DNA of 64,000 nt from Treponemataceae bacterium (GTDB taxonomy: Bacteria; Spirochaetota; Spirochaetia; Treponematales; Rectinemataceae). Where the stretch lies: positions 128,001 to 192,000 of the forward strand of contig CAXXGJ010000017.1 of NCBI GenBank assembly GCA_963677895.2, read 5' to 3'. Both the position numbers and the translations under genes were made by a program. Shown here one piece after another: positions 47,003 to 56,370 of this stretch (its first letter is position 1; each line of letters begins with the position of its first letter). The notes beneath the pieces are model-generated. The model did no database searches and was not told where the DNA came from. It worked only from the letters and a program-made list of their open reading frames with translations.

Positions 47003-48274
47003 ATGCTGGAATACAAATTCATCAAGGACAACCTTGAAGCCGTCAAGAAAAACATAGCCGACCGTTACATGAGCGCCGACGCCGATCTCGTCGTCGCGCT
47101 TTTCGACGAGAAGAGCGCCCTGCTGCGAAAGGTCGAGGATCTGCGCAAGCTGCGCAACGATAACGCCCTCTCCATGAAGGGGAAGCTCGATCCCGCCACC
47201 CGGGCGGCACGCATCGAGGAAGGCAAGCAGCTCAAGGAAAAAATCGCCGAAAGCGAGGCAAGCTTCGCCGACATCGAAGCCCGGCTAGCCCTCGAAGGCG
47301 CTAAAATACCCAACATGGCCCATCCGGAAGCCCCCCGCGGCAAGGAAGACAAGGACAACCTCGAGATAAAGCGCGTGGGCGAGCCCACGAAGTTCGATTT
47401 CGAGCCCAAGGACCATGTCCAACTGGGAGCCGACCTCGACCTCATCGATTTCGACACCGCCACCAGGGTATCGGGCACCAAGTTCTACTATCTCAAGAAC
47501 GAAGCCGTCCTCCTCGAAATGGCCCTGGTCCGCTACACCCTCGACATCCTGCGCAAAAAGGGCTTTACCCTTTTCCAGACTCCGGACATAGCCAGGACGG
47601 AAATACTCGAAGGCATCGGCTTCAACCCCCGCGGCGCCGAATCCAACATCTACACGATCGAAGGCGAAGGCACCTGCCTCATAGGCACGGCCGAAATAAC
47701 CCTCGGCGGCTACTATTCGGGCACCATCATCGACAAGGAAAAACTGCCCCTCAAACTCGCGGGCGTCTCGCACTGCTTCAGGCGCGAGGCGGGTTCGGCG
47801 GGCCAGTTCTCGAAAGGGCTGTACCGCGTTCATCAGTTCACCAAGGTGGAAATGTTCGCCTACACCCTGCCCGAGGAATCCGACGCCACGCACGAATACT
47901 TGAGGTCCATTGAGGAAGAGATATTCTCCGGCCTCGGCATCCCCTTCCGTGTGGTCGACACCTGCACCGGCGACCTGGGCGCCCCCGCCTACCGCAAGTG
48001 GGACCTAGAAGCCTGGATGCCCGGCCGCAACGGCGGCGAATGGGGCGAAGTCACCTCCACCTCCAACTGCACCGATTTCCAGGCCCGCCGCCTCAACATC
48101 AAGTACAAGGACGATGACGGCAAGAACAAATATGTCCACATGCTCAACGGCACGGCCATAGCCTGCTCGCGCGGCATCATCGCCGTCATGGAAAACTTCC
48201 AGCGCGCCGACGGATCTATCGCAATTCCGCCCGCTCTCGTGCCGTACTGCGGATTTGACGAGATCAGGCGATAA
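47003..48274 (+). CDS. serS: Serine--tRNA ligase
   Basis: GTAE, CFRREAG, GLYRVHQF, EVTSTSNCTDFQARR, LNGT. Confidence 0.98.
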   Translation: MLEYKFIKDNLEAVKKNIADRYMSADADLVVALFDEKSALLRKVEDLRKLRNDNALSMKGKLDPATRAARIEEGKQLKEKIAESEASFADIEARLALEGAKIPNMAHPEAPRGKEDKDNLEIKRVGEPTKFDFEPKDHVQLGADLDLIDFDTATRVSGTKFYYLKNEAVLLEMALVRYTLDILRKKGFTLFQTPDIARTEILEGIGFNPRGAESNIYTIEGEGTCLIGTAEITLGGYYSGTIIDKEKLPLKLAGVSHCFRREAGSAGQFSKGLYRVHQFTKVEMFAYTLPEESDATHEYLRSIEEEIFSGLGIPFRVVDTCTGDLGAPAYRKWDLEAWMPGRNGGEWGEVTSTSNCTDFQARRLNIKYKDDDGKNKYVHMLNGTAIACSRGIIAVMENFQRADGSIAIPPALVPYCGFDEIRR

Positions 48275-48334
48275 AAAACAGGGATCGACGCTCCACAGGC
48301 CCGCAAGGCCGAGGACTGTCGATCCCTGTTTTTT
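48273..48334. terminator. Bidirectional intrinsic terminator after serS
   Basis: 17-bp inverted repeat AAAAAACAGGGATCGAC/GTCGATCCCTGTTTTTT between convergent genes. Confidence 0.85.
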
Positions 48335-48404
48335 CGAAGGCGGGCCCCATGCCTGAAGGCGACGCTTTATCAGCGTGCTCTGGCTGGCTGCCGTGAAAAG
48401 CGAT

Positions 48405-48941
48405 CTACCGAACCGCTATCGAATAATAATCTTCAAAATCATTGGACTGCACGAAGAACACGAGCACAGCGTTATCGGTTTCGATGGGTCTCATTTCCCA
48501 GACATCGTGCTTGCCTGGCTTATTGAAGGCCTGCTGCGAGGAGAAGACGGTTTTCCTCATCGTTCCGTATGGCGGAATGACCATTGGCCCCATGGAAGAG
48601 TAGGAATTTCCGTAGTTCTGTCCCTCTATGAAGGGATAGTAGGATCCGCCGTTATACTGCAATGTGGACTTGTTCCAGAATATGCGGACCGTGCTGTCCG
48701 TATTGTTGCGGATGGTGACGCTGAAGCTCGATATTCGCTTGGTCCCATACGCCTTTCCATGACTATTACCAGGTCCGAAATTTTCCCACGAAGGCTGCAC
48801 CGATATAGTCACCGGGCTGATGTTTCGCGGCGTCTGGCTCACCGCGACGAAAACGGGGGGCCGTATCATAAGCGAAAAGCTGGTACAGGAAAATGCCAAC
48901 ATGCTCATGGCGATGACTGCCAGTAGTAAAATCTTTTTCAT
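48405..48941 (-). CDS. Hypothetical lipoprotein
   Basis: MKKILLLAVIAMSMLAFSC lipobox; GAGGAGA RBS. Confidence 0.75.
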   Translation of the reverse strand: MKKILLLAVIAMSMLAFSCTSFSLMIRPPVFVAVSQTPRNISPVTISVQPSWENFGPGNSHGKAYGTKRISSFSVTIRNNTDSTVRIFWNKSTLQYNGGSYYPFIEGQNYGNSYSSMGPMVIPPYGTMRKTVFSSQQAFNKPGKHDVWEMRPIETDNAVLVFFVQSNDFEDYYSIAVR

Positions 48942-49065
48942 CGTTTCTCCTCGAAACCGGAAAATAAGAAAATTTATATTTCTTTTTCTATAAATAAGAT
49001 ACTCAATTTCGTTCCCTTGGTCCAACATAGTCATTATTTTATGTACTATAGGTAAGGAGCTAACA

Positions 49066-49284
49066 ATGAGTTCACGGAGCATTTTCGGCATCATACTTCT
49101 GGTTGTGGGGATTCTCGTATTTGCGGTCGGCTTGAACGCGTCCAATTCCATGACCGATCAAGTGAGCAATGCCTTGACCGGGCGTTTTACGGAAAACACG
49201 ACATGGTATATGATCGGAGGCATCGCGGCCGCCCTGGCCGGACTCCTCATGCTGGTATCAGGATTCCGGAGCCGTCGTTCCTGA
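49066..49284 (+). CDS. DUF3185-like small membrane protein
   Basis: Two TM helices around SxxDQVSNALTGRFTENTTWY; AAGGAG RBS. Confidence 0.78.
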   Translation: MSSRSIFGIILLVVGILVFAVGLNASNSMTDQVSNALTGRFTENTTWYMIGGIAAALAGLLMLVSGFRSRRS

Positions 49285-49459
49285 TTCCGTTCGATGGGAT
49301 TAGGCCGAGGAGACGACAGTTCATTCCTCAGCCTTCGGATTCCTCTTACCCGATCAGGGCTTTGGCGATAGGGCTGGCCCAGCTTACATAGCCTCTGGCT
49401 AAATCTATCTCATCCACGCCTACGATGCCTGCCCTCGAGCCCGAAGAACCATTCCGGGG

Positions 49460-50224
49460 CTAGAACGCCCTCGCCGGCCTGATATAGCCTGTACGGCCCA
49501 ATCCGGAAACCACGATTCCGCTCTTGAAGTTTAGGCAATTGGGTAAGTCGTCCGCGGGCTGGGTTGAACTCCAATATAAGGCGTTTTGAAAAGCGCCGAG
49601 GTCGTTCATATGCAGGCGCTCGAGCATGAGGAGAAGCTCCCCCGTGGAGGGCAGGAACCAATCGTCGTATCCGTTCAGCGAGAACGACCAGCATTGTACT
49701 GCGGCGCGCATGCCGGCGACTGATAAAAGGTAATAGGTGTTCGTCTCCCCTGCTCCCACTTCGGCGCTGGTGGCATCGCCGGTAGGACGGCCGTACAGTT
49801 CGGTGCCAATATCAGCCGGAGCGGCCTCGAGGTAACGCCAGCCTTCGGTATTGATACCCTTGTCGTAGAAGATCAGGCCACCCGCCGGCCCCGCGTCGCC
49901 CACGGACAGAGGCCTCCACTGGGCATACAGGACGACGTTTTCGGCGGGCATGACGAAGCTGGTCCCGATGGCGCGATCGGCTCCCGAGCCGTCGGGCTTG
50001 GTGTTCCATCGATCGAAGACGTACCCTGCCTTGGAGAGATCCCCCTCATTGCCGAGCACCGCCGCCTTCGTCCCGACGGTGTAGACATTGCCGTCTGATG
50101 GAACCGCCCCTCCAATATTCCCGTTACCGTCGTAAATGATCGAATACATGACGACGGGGTTCCCGCAGCTGCCGAGGCAGAACGCGATACAACAAAGAAT
50201 CGCGACGATAGGTTTGGCTCGCAT
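49460..50224 (-). CDS. Lipoprotein with an InlB B-repeat and a DUF1566-like C-terminal domain
   Basis: LGSC lipobox; YDGNG...GYVFDRWNTKPDGSG...LYAQW; GPAGGLIFYDKG, DDWFLPS, YWSST. Confidence 0.78.
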   Translation of the reverse strand: MRAKPIVAILCCIAFCLGSCGNPVVMYSIIYDGNGNIGGAVPSDGNVYTVGTKAAVLGNEGDLSKAGYVFDRWNTKPDGSGADRAIGTSFVMPAENVVLYAQWRPLSVGDAGPAGGLIFYDKGINTEGWRYLEAAPADIGTELYGRPTGDATSAEVGAGETNTYYLLSVAGMRAAVQCWSFSLNGYDDWFLPSTGELLLMLERLHMNDLGAFQNALYWSSTQPADDLPNCLNFKSGIVVSGLGRTGYIRPARAF

Positions 50225-50323
50225 AACTTTCCTCTTCGATTCGATAGTTTTGGAATTGTTATTAAACGTTCGTACTGTAGGGCTGGAAGGAGATTTTGTC
50301 AAACGGGAATTCGCCGGAAACGC

Positions 50324-50905
50324 CTAGGGAAGACCAGGAAAAGCGATGTCAAGGACGCTGAGCCGCCGCTCCCCAGCGGGAAGCCTCACCGTTGCCACCT
50401 CGCCCACACGCTTGCCGATCAGCGCCTTGGCGATAGGACTCGCCCAGCTGACATAGCCCCGGTCAGGGTCGCTTTCGTCGGCGCCCACAATACGGTAAAT
50501 AGCCGCCTCAGTCTCCATGCCGTGCTTAACACCGACTCCCGAGGGCCGCGCGGCGCCGACTTCCTCACGCACCTTCACGACCAGGCCGAAGACGACGCGC
50601 TCGGCGCTCGCCGGCAGTTCGACGACAGAGAGGACAGCCTTCATTCGAGAGAGATAGGTAATTTGCCTGTCAATAATTGAAATCCGCCTCAAGAATTCGG
50701 CTTTCGCCGCCGGATCGGCGGCCGACAGGGCGCTTGCCGCCTTCGGCCTCTCCTCTTCGACGAGTTTTCGAAGCTCGTCGGCCATCCGCATGGCGCCTTC
50801 GAGAGTCATGTAATTCCGAGCGCCGGCCGGGAGCGGAAGGGGGATCTCATGCATGCCGTCGGTTTCATCCGAGCCCGCATCCTCGTCGACAAAGGCTCTG
50901 CTCAT
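50324..50905 (-). CDS. GreA/GreB family transcription elongation factor
   Basis: MSRAFVDE, NYMT, YRIVGADE, VSWASPIAKALIGK. Confidence 0.85.
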   Translation of the reverse strand: MSRAFVDEDAGSDETDGMHEIPLPLPAGARNYMTLEGAMRMADELRKLVEEERPKAASALSAADPAAKAEFLRRISIIDRQITYLSRMKAVLSVVELPASAERVVFGLVVKVREEVGAARPSGVGVKHGMETEAAIYRIVGADESDPDRGYVSWASPIAKALIGKRVGEVATVRLPAGERRLSVLDIAFPGLP

Positions 50906-50920
50906 GAAGAGGCGCCTTCC

Positions 50921-51790
50921 TCAGGGCCGTCTGGTGCGGTGCGTGGCTTCCATCGTCCTCTCGAGGGCTTCGATGGCCGATTCCACATCGCCGGAGACGA
51001 TAAGTCTATAGAGGATATCCACGACGGTGAGCTGGCTGAGGCGCGATGTCTCGGCGCCTCGCCTGTAGACTCTTTCCGAAGCGGGAACGATGAGGGGAAT
51101 GTCAGCGAAACCCCGGAGCTTGTTGGCGCCTTCCATGGTCAGCGTGATGACGCAGGCTCTCTTCGCCTTAGCCTGCCTCGCCACCTCGAGCATGGATTCG
51201 GTTTCCCCCGAATAGGAAACGATGAAGGCGACCTGCGTATCCTTGAGAGAACAGGCCGCCGTTATCTGCGCGTGAGCGTCGTGCGTGTAGGAAGCCGGTA
51301 TGCCAATTCTCAAAAGCTTTAGATGAAAATCCGAGGTCACGATTCCCGACGCGCCGATACCGAACAGCATGGTCAGCGAAGCCTCCCTGATCCTGGTGGC
51401 CGCGAGCTCCAGCATCTCCGGATTGAGCGTGCGGGACAGGTCGCCCAGGCTCTGTCTCGCGAAGTCTATCACTTCGCGCATCGCTCTTTCTGCCGGCGGC
51501 TTCGATTCAAGATCCAGGTCGGGCAGGTATTTTTCCTCTTCGTCCCGGAAGACGTCCTTGGCCAGCCAGAGCTTGAACTCGTTGTAGCCGTCGGCGCCGA
51601 TGCGTTTGCAGAATCGCACCACCGCGGCGCTGCTGGAAGAGGAATGGCGGGACAGCTCGACAACGTTGAAATGGAGGGCTTTATGAGGCTGATCCAAAAC
51701 GTAGAGCGCGATCTTCCTCTCGGCTTCCGACATACCGGGAAGCATGCCTCGGATAATGTCCAAGGCGCCCGATTTCACGTTTTCGCTCAT
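50921..51790 (-). CDS. MurR/RpiR family transcriptional regulator
   Basis: N-terminal HTH (AVVRFCKRIG), SIS domain (FGIGASG, SYSGET); adjacent to murQ. Confidence 0.92.
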   Translation of the reverse strand: MSENVKSGALDIIRGMLPGMSEAERKIALYVLDQPHKALHFNVVELSRHSSSSSAAVVRFCKRIGADGYNEFKLWLAKDVFRDEEEKYLPDLDLESKPPAERAMREVIDFARQSLGDLSRTLNPEMLELAATRIREASLTMLFGIGASGIVTSDFHLKLLRIGIPASYTHDAHAQITAACSLKDTQVAFIVSYSGETESMLEVARQAKAKRACVITLTMEGANKLRGFADIPLIVPASERVYRRGAETSRLSQLTVVDILYRLIVSGDVESAIEALERTMEATHRTRRP

Positions 51791-51794
51791 CGCC

Positions 51795-52736
51795 TCACCT
51801 CCCCTGCCTGGCCTGGTCCGCGTGAAGCTTCATCGCTTCCGAGATGCGGCCGCCGCCGTTCGCCGCGAGGTTCACGGCTTCATCCCTGCCGATCCCCAGC
51901 AGGGTCATGAGAATCGCGATCTTGGGCTTCCTTCCTGAGCTTTCAAAAGCCTGTTCGGCATCCTCCCGGGAGCAGCCGGTGGCTTGGCGAATGAGGCGTT
52001 TCGATCTTTCCACCAGTTTTCTGTTGACGGGAGCGAGATCGACCATGAGATTTCTGTAGACCTTTCCCAGACGTATCATGCTGGCCGTCGTCAGCATGTT
52101 GAGGACAAGCTTCTGGGCCGTGCCCGCCTTCATCCTCGTGGAACCGGTGATGACCTCGGGCCCAACGTCGAGAAGTATCCTGTAGTCGGCGCTCTCAAAA
52201 GTCCTGGATTCCCTGTTGCAGCTAATGGCCCCGACCTTGGCGCCCAGACTCCTGGCATAGCCCATGGCCCCGAGAACATAGGGAGCTGATCCCGACGCGG
52301 TAATGCCCACCAGAACGTCGTTCTTCGAAAAACCGATTTCGCGCAGAGCGGCCTCTCCGGCCGCGGGATCGTCTTCCGCGCCTTCCACGGATCGTCTGAG
52401 GGCCACGTCTCCGCCGGCGATCAGTCCGAGCACCATGGTCGAAGGAACGCCGAAAGTCGGCGGGCATTCGGAAGCGTCCAGGACGCCAAGTCTTCCCGAT
52501 GTGCCGGCGCCTATATAGACCAGGCGGCCGGAATTCCGGAAAGCGGTCACGATAGCCTCCACGAGGGCGGCTATTTCCGGGAGCGCCCTTTCCACCGCAG
52601 TCGGCACCGTCTTGTCTTCATCGTTGATGATCGCCAGGATCTCGTTGACCGGTAGAGCGTCGATATTCATCGAGCGGTCGTTGCGTGACTCCGTTGTCGC
52701 GTGTTCCAGAGGATCATCACTATGCCGTATATCCAT
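51795..52736 (-). CDS. murQ: N-acetylmuramic acid 6-phosphate etherase
   Basis: TESRN, GAGTSGRLGVLDASECPPTF, EGAED, GPEVITGSTRMKAGTAQK. Confidence 0.96.
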   Translation of the reverse strand: MDIRHSDDPLEHATTESRNDRSMNIDALPVNEILAIINDEDKTVPTAVERALPEIAALVEAIVTAFRNSGRLVYIGAGTSGRLGVLDASECPPTFGVPSTMVLGLIAGGDVALRRSVEGAEDDPAAGEAALREIGFSKNDVLVGITASGSAPYVLGAMGYARSLGAKVGAISCNRESRTFESADYRILLDVGPEVITGSTRMKAGTAQKLVLNMLTTASMIRLGKVYRNLMVDLAPVNRKLVERSKRLIRQATGCSREDAEQAFESSGRKPKIAILMTLLGIGRDEAVNLAANGGGRISEAMKLHADQARQGR

Positions 52737-52751
52737 CACCTCATCCTTTAC

Positions 52752-52805
52752 GAAATTATATTTCAATATACATTGATCTTTGGCTTTGTAAAGAAAATAA
52801 TTTTC
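52752..52805. promoter_or_regulatory. Two palindromic putative MurR operators upstream of murQ
   Basis: GAAAT-TAT-ATTTC (52752-52764) and GAAAA-TAA-TTTTC (52793-52805). Confidence 0.55.
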
Positions 52806-52870
52806 AAATCCGTTATATATCATAAAAGACGAGGAATGGCCATAAGGGAAGGTGTTTCATGTAAGTGAAT

Positions 52871-52898
52871 TGAAAAGCCCGGCGACGCGGGCTTTTCA
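52871..52898 (-). terminator. Intrinsic terminator after the yraN unit
   Basis: TGAAAAGCCCG/CGGGCTTTTCA inverted repeat. Confidence 0.7.
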
Positions 52899-52912
52899 GG
52901 AAGTGCCAATGC

Positions 52913-53389
52913 TCAGATCTTGGTGATGTAGGAGGAAATTTCCCTTCTCCAGGGCTGTTTTTCCCCTTCTTTTTCCCAGCGGATCCTGCGTTTCACGATA
53001 AAAGCGCCGTCGTTTCCGCTCTTGAAGCCGACGACGCCGAAGCATCCGGCGCCCAGGTACACCAGCTTCTCTCCGGCCTCGAGGGGTTCGGCAGCGGTTA
53101 CGCGCTCAAGCGCGCAGTCAAAATGAACCGGTTCGCCGGAATCCCTGTCTCCTATGGCGCCGGCTAAATCGAAAATGGGTTTCCCGCAGATCGCGCAATT
53201 CTTGACCGGAAGGGGTTTCTTGGGCTCTTCCTTGCGGACGCCCAGGGTGGAAGCGTCGCGCTGGCCGCGATTGGGTTGCCCTGGCTGCGTTCGCAGGTGC
53301 CCGCCATGCCTTGGCGGACCCGACTTCTGGGAAGGTCGCTTCCCCCCCTCGCCGGGCTGACCGGGATTCTTAGCGTTATTATTCATCAT
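52913..53389 (-). CDS. Hypothetical protein with a probable Zn site
   Basis: CAICGKPI...VHFDC; disordered basic N-terminus. Confidence 0.7.
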   Translation of the reverse strand: MMNNNAKNPGQPGEGGKRPSQKSGPPRHGGHLRTQPGQPNRGQRDASTLGVRKEEPKKPLPVKNCAICGKPIFDLAGAIGDRDSGEPVHFDCALERVTAAEPLEAGEKLVYLGAGCFGVVGFKSGNDGAFIVKRRIRWEKEGEKQPWRREISSYITKI

Positions 53390-53606
53390 TACCCTTCTTT
53401 TTCAGCGTACTTGTCAGGAAATTGGCGATCCGCGTAACCGCGCCGTCGACGTAGGTGTCGTCATCCAATTTATGACGCATCTCATGAAGCTTGTAAATGT
53501 CCTGACGCGTGGAGCCGGCGAGCAGACGATCCGTCGCGTGGCTGTCCCCGGGATTGGAACCTGCCCATGAGAGCGGATCCCTGCCGGTTATTTCGTTTTT
53601 ATTCAT
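53379..53606 (-). CDS. Hypothetical protein (75 aa)
   Basis: ATGA overlap with the yraN stop; overlaps the next start. Confidence 0.6.
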   Translation of the reverse strand: MNKNEITGRDPLSWAGSNPGDSHATDRLLAGSTRQDIYKLHEMRHKLDDDTYVDGAVTRIANFLTSTLKKKGNDE

Positions 53607-53971
53607 ACCGTCTCGTCGAACGCTCCTTCGTAACGCATGGGCTCTCTGCCTGGAGAGAGAAGGAAAACATCGTATCGAATTTTCTTCCCACTATATTGTC
53701 GATACTTTGAGAGGAAAATTTTAGAGGTTTCGATAATTCTCCCGGTTTTCCCTCTGTCGATGGCGTCGCGGAGCTCCATGGAACCGTTCCGGTTCCAGCG
53801 CTTCACCTCCACGAAGGCGACGAGTTCCCCTTTCGCGGCGATGAGATCTATTTCGCCCCGGCCCGCCCTGAAATTACGCGCGAGAATCGTCCAGCCGTCC
53901 CCTTCGAGAAGGGCGTTTACGCGATCCTCGCCCGCTCGGCCCATAGCGCAGGAAGAATCTTTGCCGTCCAT
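53603..53971 (-). CDS. YraN family protein (UPF0102)
   Basis: GRAGED, RNFR, GEIDLIA, FVEVK, IRYDV. Confidence 0.9.
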   Translation of the reverse strand: MDGKDSSCAMGRAGEDRVNALLEGDGWTILARNFRAGRGEIDLIAAKGELVAFVEVKRWNRNGSMELRDAIDRGKTGRIIETSKIFLSKYRQYSGKKIRYDVFLLSPGREPMRYEGAFDETV

Positions 53972-54014
53972 GTCATATATACGGGCGGGTACCGGCGCGG
54001 CGATTCAGAAAAGC

Positions 54015-54042
54015 AAAAAAAACCCGGCAGACGCCGGGTTTT
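54015..54042 (-). terminator. Intrinsic terminator after rplS
   Basis: CCCGGC-N4-GCCGGG stem with T8 on the minus strand. Confidence 0.8.
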
Positions 54043-54091
54043 CTGCGGAAAGTCGGCCTGAAGACGAGTCTTCAGACACCGATGATCAGGC

Positions 54092-54460
54092 CTATTCGGC
54101 CTTCTCGACCTTCTTGGAAATGATAAGTTCCTTGACCTTGGATTTCTTGCCGACCTTGGTGCGGATGTAGTAGAGCTTGGCCCTTCTCACCTTGCCGCGG
54201 CGGAGCACTTCCACGTTTTCGACGCGCGGTGAATTGAGCGGAAAAACTCGCTCCACGCCGACGCCGTAGGAAGTCTTGCGGACCGTGAAGGTTTTGGCGA
54301 CGCCGCCGTTCTTGATCGCAATGACGAGGCCTTCGTATGCCTGAACACGCTCTGTCTTGCCTTCCACGATTTTAAAGCTCACGCGAACGGTGTCACCCAC
54401 GTTGAACGCGGGGAGCTCACTCTTGATCTGTTCGGCTTGAATGGACTGTACCAGGTTCAT
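54092..54460 (-). CDS. rplS: 50S ribosomal protein L19
   Basis: [27 protein letters not shown]. Confidence 0.98.
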   Translation of the reverse strand: MNLVQSIQAEQIKSELPAFNVGDTVRVSFKIVEGKTERVQAYEGLVIAIKNGGVAKTFTVRKTSYGVGVERVFPLNSPRVENVEVLRRGKVRRAKLYYIRTKVGKKSKVKELIISKKVEKAE

Positions 54461-55187
54461 GCCATCCCCCTTCATCGATTACTTCACGCAATAATCCGCC
54501 CACTTCTTTGGGCAGTTTGTCATCGGACAAAAGCTCGGGGCGGTAGGCCAGCGTCTTCGCGATGCTCGCCTTTAACCTCCACCGTGCGATTTGTGCATGG
54601 TTCCCCGACAAAACAACGTCGGGGACTCGCATAGTAGCATAATTCGCGGGGCGTGTATACTGGGGATACTCGAGTAGACCCTTCGAGAAACTCTCTTCGT
54701 CGAGCGATTCCCCCGAAATAACGCCTGGCTTGAGCCGGTAAATCGCGTCGACGAGAACCATGGCCGCGATCTCTCCGCTCGACAGAACATAGTCGCCTAT
54801 GGAGATTTCATCGGTCACCCTGGTGTCGATGACGCGCTGATCCACGCCTTCGTAGCGGCCGCAGAGGATCACGAGATGTTCCTCGCGCGAAAGCTCGGCG
54901 GCCAGCTTCTGGTTGAAGAGCCTTCCCGAAGGAGTGACGAAGACGGTGCGCACGGTGGGCGAGCCGACGGCTTCCAGCGCCCTGTCGAGGGGCTCGGGCT
55001 TCATCAGCATGCCGGCCCCGCCGCCGAACACCTCATCGTCGCATTTATGGTGCTTGTCGGTGGCGTAATCCCTGAAATTCACGAGCGAATACTCGATCAG
55101 CCCGCTCGCGACCGCGCGCTTCATGATCGAGGCGTCGAAATAGGCTTGCACAATCTCGGGAAAGATGGTCAGGATGGTGAACTTCAT
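54417..55187 (-). CDS. trmD: tRNA (guanine37-N1)-methyltransferase
   Basis: [36 protein letters not shown]; 3' end overlaps rplS by 44 nt. Confidence 0.97.
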   Translation of the reverse strand: MKFTILTIFPEIVQAYFDASIMKRAVASGLIEYSLVNFRDYATDKHHKCDDEVFGGGAGMLMKPEPLDRALEAVGSPTVRTVFVTPSGRLFNQKLAAELSREEHLVILCGRYEGVDQRVIDTRVTDEISIGDYVLSSGEIAAMVLVDAIYRLKPGVISGESLDEESFSKGLLEYPQYTRPANYATMRVPDVVLSGNHAQIARWRLKASIAKTLAYRPELLSDDKLPKEVGGLLREVIDEGGWHEPGTVHSSRTDQE

Positions 55188-55810
55188 TCCAGAAGCCATC
55201 CCGCGAGGAGTTCCATGGATCCGGCTTCGCAGTCCACCTCGCCGATGAACTCGTTCCTGAAGGGAACGAGCACCTGGGAGCCCAGGGCCGGGGGCTTGTC
55301 CTCGCCGGAGGTTATGGCCGAGGAGGCGCCGGAGGCGGGGCCGGAAACGGGGCCGGGGGCGCAGCCGGAGGCGGCTTTTCTAGCGAGCACCTTCACCTCG
55401 AGAAGAGGGTCGGCTCCGCCGTCCAGGACGCCCATGATCTCTCCGACGGCAAGGCCGTCCAGCATAAGCTTCATGCCGATGAGATCGTGGATATACCATT
55501 CGTTGCTTTTAAGAGGACTCACGCGATCTCTGGGAAGGTAGAGCTCCAGGCCGGTCAGGGCGCGCGCTTTCTCGGGCGTATCGTAGCCTTCGAAAACGAA
55601 GCTCAAGCCCCAGTCGCCCGACTCGGCGGATTGGATTTTCATCATTTTCGCCAATTCAGGTTTTTTTTCGGGAGCCGCGAGAATTGTCGTGAGACCTTTA
55701 AGATGACTATATTCGCCGGAATAGCTGTGCAGCTTCAGGAATCCATTGAGACCCCGCGGGGCCCCAAGCTTGGCGACGGCCAAAAGTTCCTTGTCGGCGA
55801 CTTTATTCAT
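55184..55810 (-). CDS. rimM: Ribosome maturation factor RimM, with a low-complexity insertion
   Basis: GAPRGLNG, YIHDLIG, LVPF; position between khpA and trmD. Confidence 0.92.
   Translation of the reverse strand: MNKVADKELLAVAKLGAPRGLNGFLKLHSYSGEYSHLKGLTTILAAPEKKPELAKMMKIQSAESGDWGLSFVFEGYDTPEKARALTGLELYLPRDRVSPLKSNEWYIHDLIGMKLMLDGLAVGEIMGVLDGGADPLLEVKVLARKAASGCAPGPVSGPASGASSAITSGEDKPPALGSQVLVPFRNEFIGEVDCEAGSMELLAGWLLE
55304..55375. repeat. Six degenerate 12-nt tandem units in frame in rimM
   Basis: gccggaggttat ggccgaggaggc gccggaggcggg gccggaaacggg gccgggggcgca gccggaggcggc, encoding AASG CAPG PVSG PASG ASSA ITSG on the minus strand. Confidence 0.8.
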
Positions 55811-55819
55811 GGGAGGCGT

Positions 55820-56053
55820 TCAGTCCAGAATCTCCAGGATCACACGCTTGGACTGTGCTGAAGCGCAGGCTGAGAGGATCGTCCGGATGGCTCTGGCGAT
55901 CCGGCCGTTCTTGCCGATCACCTTGCCGATGTCGGCGTCGGCGACCTTGAGTTCAAGAATCGTCGATTTCTCGCCTTCGATAACCTTGATGTCTACGGCA
56001 TCGGGTTCGTCGACGAGGGATTTTACAATATATTCTACTAAATCGCGTTCCAC
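55820..56053 (-). CDS. khpA: KH-domain RNA-binding protein
   Basis: DIGKVIGKNGRIARAIRT; position after rpsP. Confidence 0.93.
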   Translation of the reverse strand: MERDLVEYIVKSLVDEPDAVDIKVIEGEKSTILELKVADADIGKVIGKNGRIARAIRTILSACASAQSKRVILEILD

Positions 56054-56118
56054 TTCGTACTCCTTGGCAAAAAAAAGCGCCGGTCGGCTGTATGGGCCGA
56101 AGAATCGGCCCTCACCGC

Positions 56119-56370
56119 CTATTTGACCTGGATATTTTTCTTGTTGAGCAGGGAGCGAACGGTATCCGAAGGCTGGGCGCCGCGCGCAAGCCAGAATTTC
56201 GCCTTTTCCTCATCTATTCGAATCTGCTTTTCTTCGATTTCGATGGGATGATAGAGGCCGATTTCATCGATGGTTCTGCTGTCGCGGGGCGACCTAGCGT
56301 CCATGATGACTATTCGATAAAAAGGACGGGCTTTCGCTCCGAATTTCTTGAGCCTTATCTTAACGCTCAC
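56119..56370 (-). CDS. rpsP: 30S ribosomal protein S16
   Basis: [22 protein letters not shown] start with AGGAGG RBS. Confidence 0.98.
   Translation of the reverse strand: MSVKIRLKKFGAKARPFYRIVIMDARSPRDSRTIDEIGLYHPIEIEEKQIRIDEEKAKFWLARGAQPSDTVRSLLNKKNIQVK

Noticed and set aside
54417..54460. 44-nt trmD/rplS overlap as a possible frameshift
   Set aside because: Both proteins have complete motifs and rplS has its own RBS; this is ordinary operon compaction
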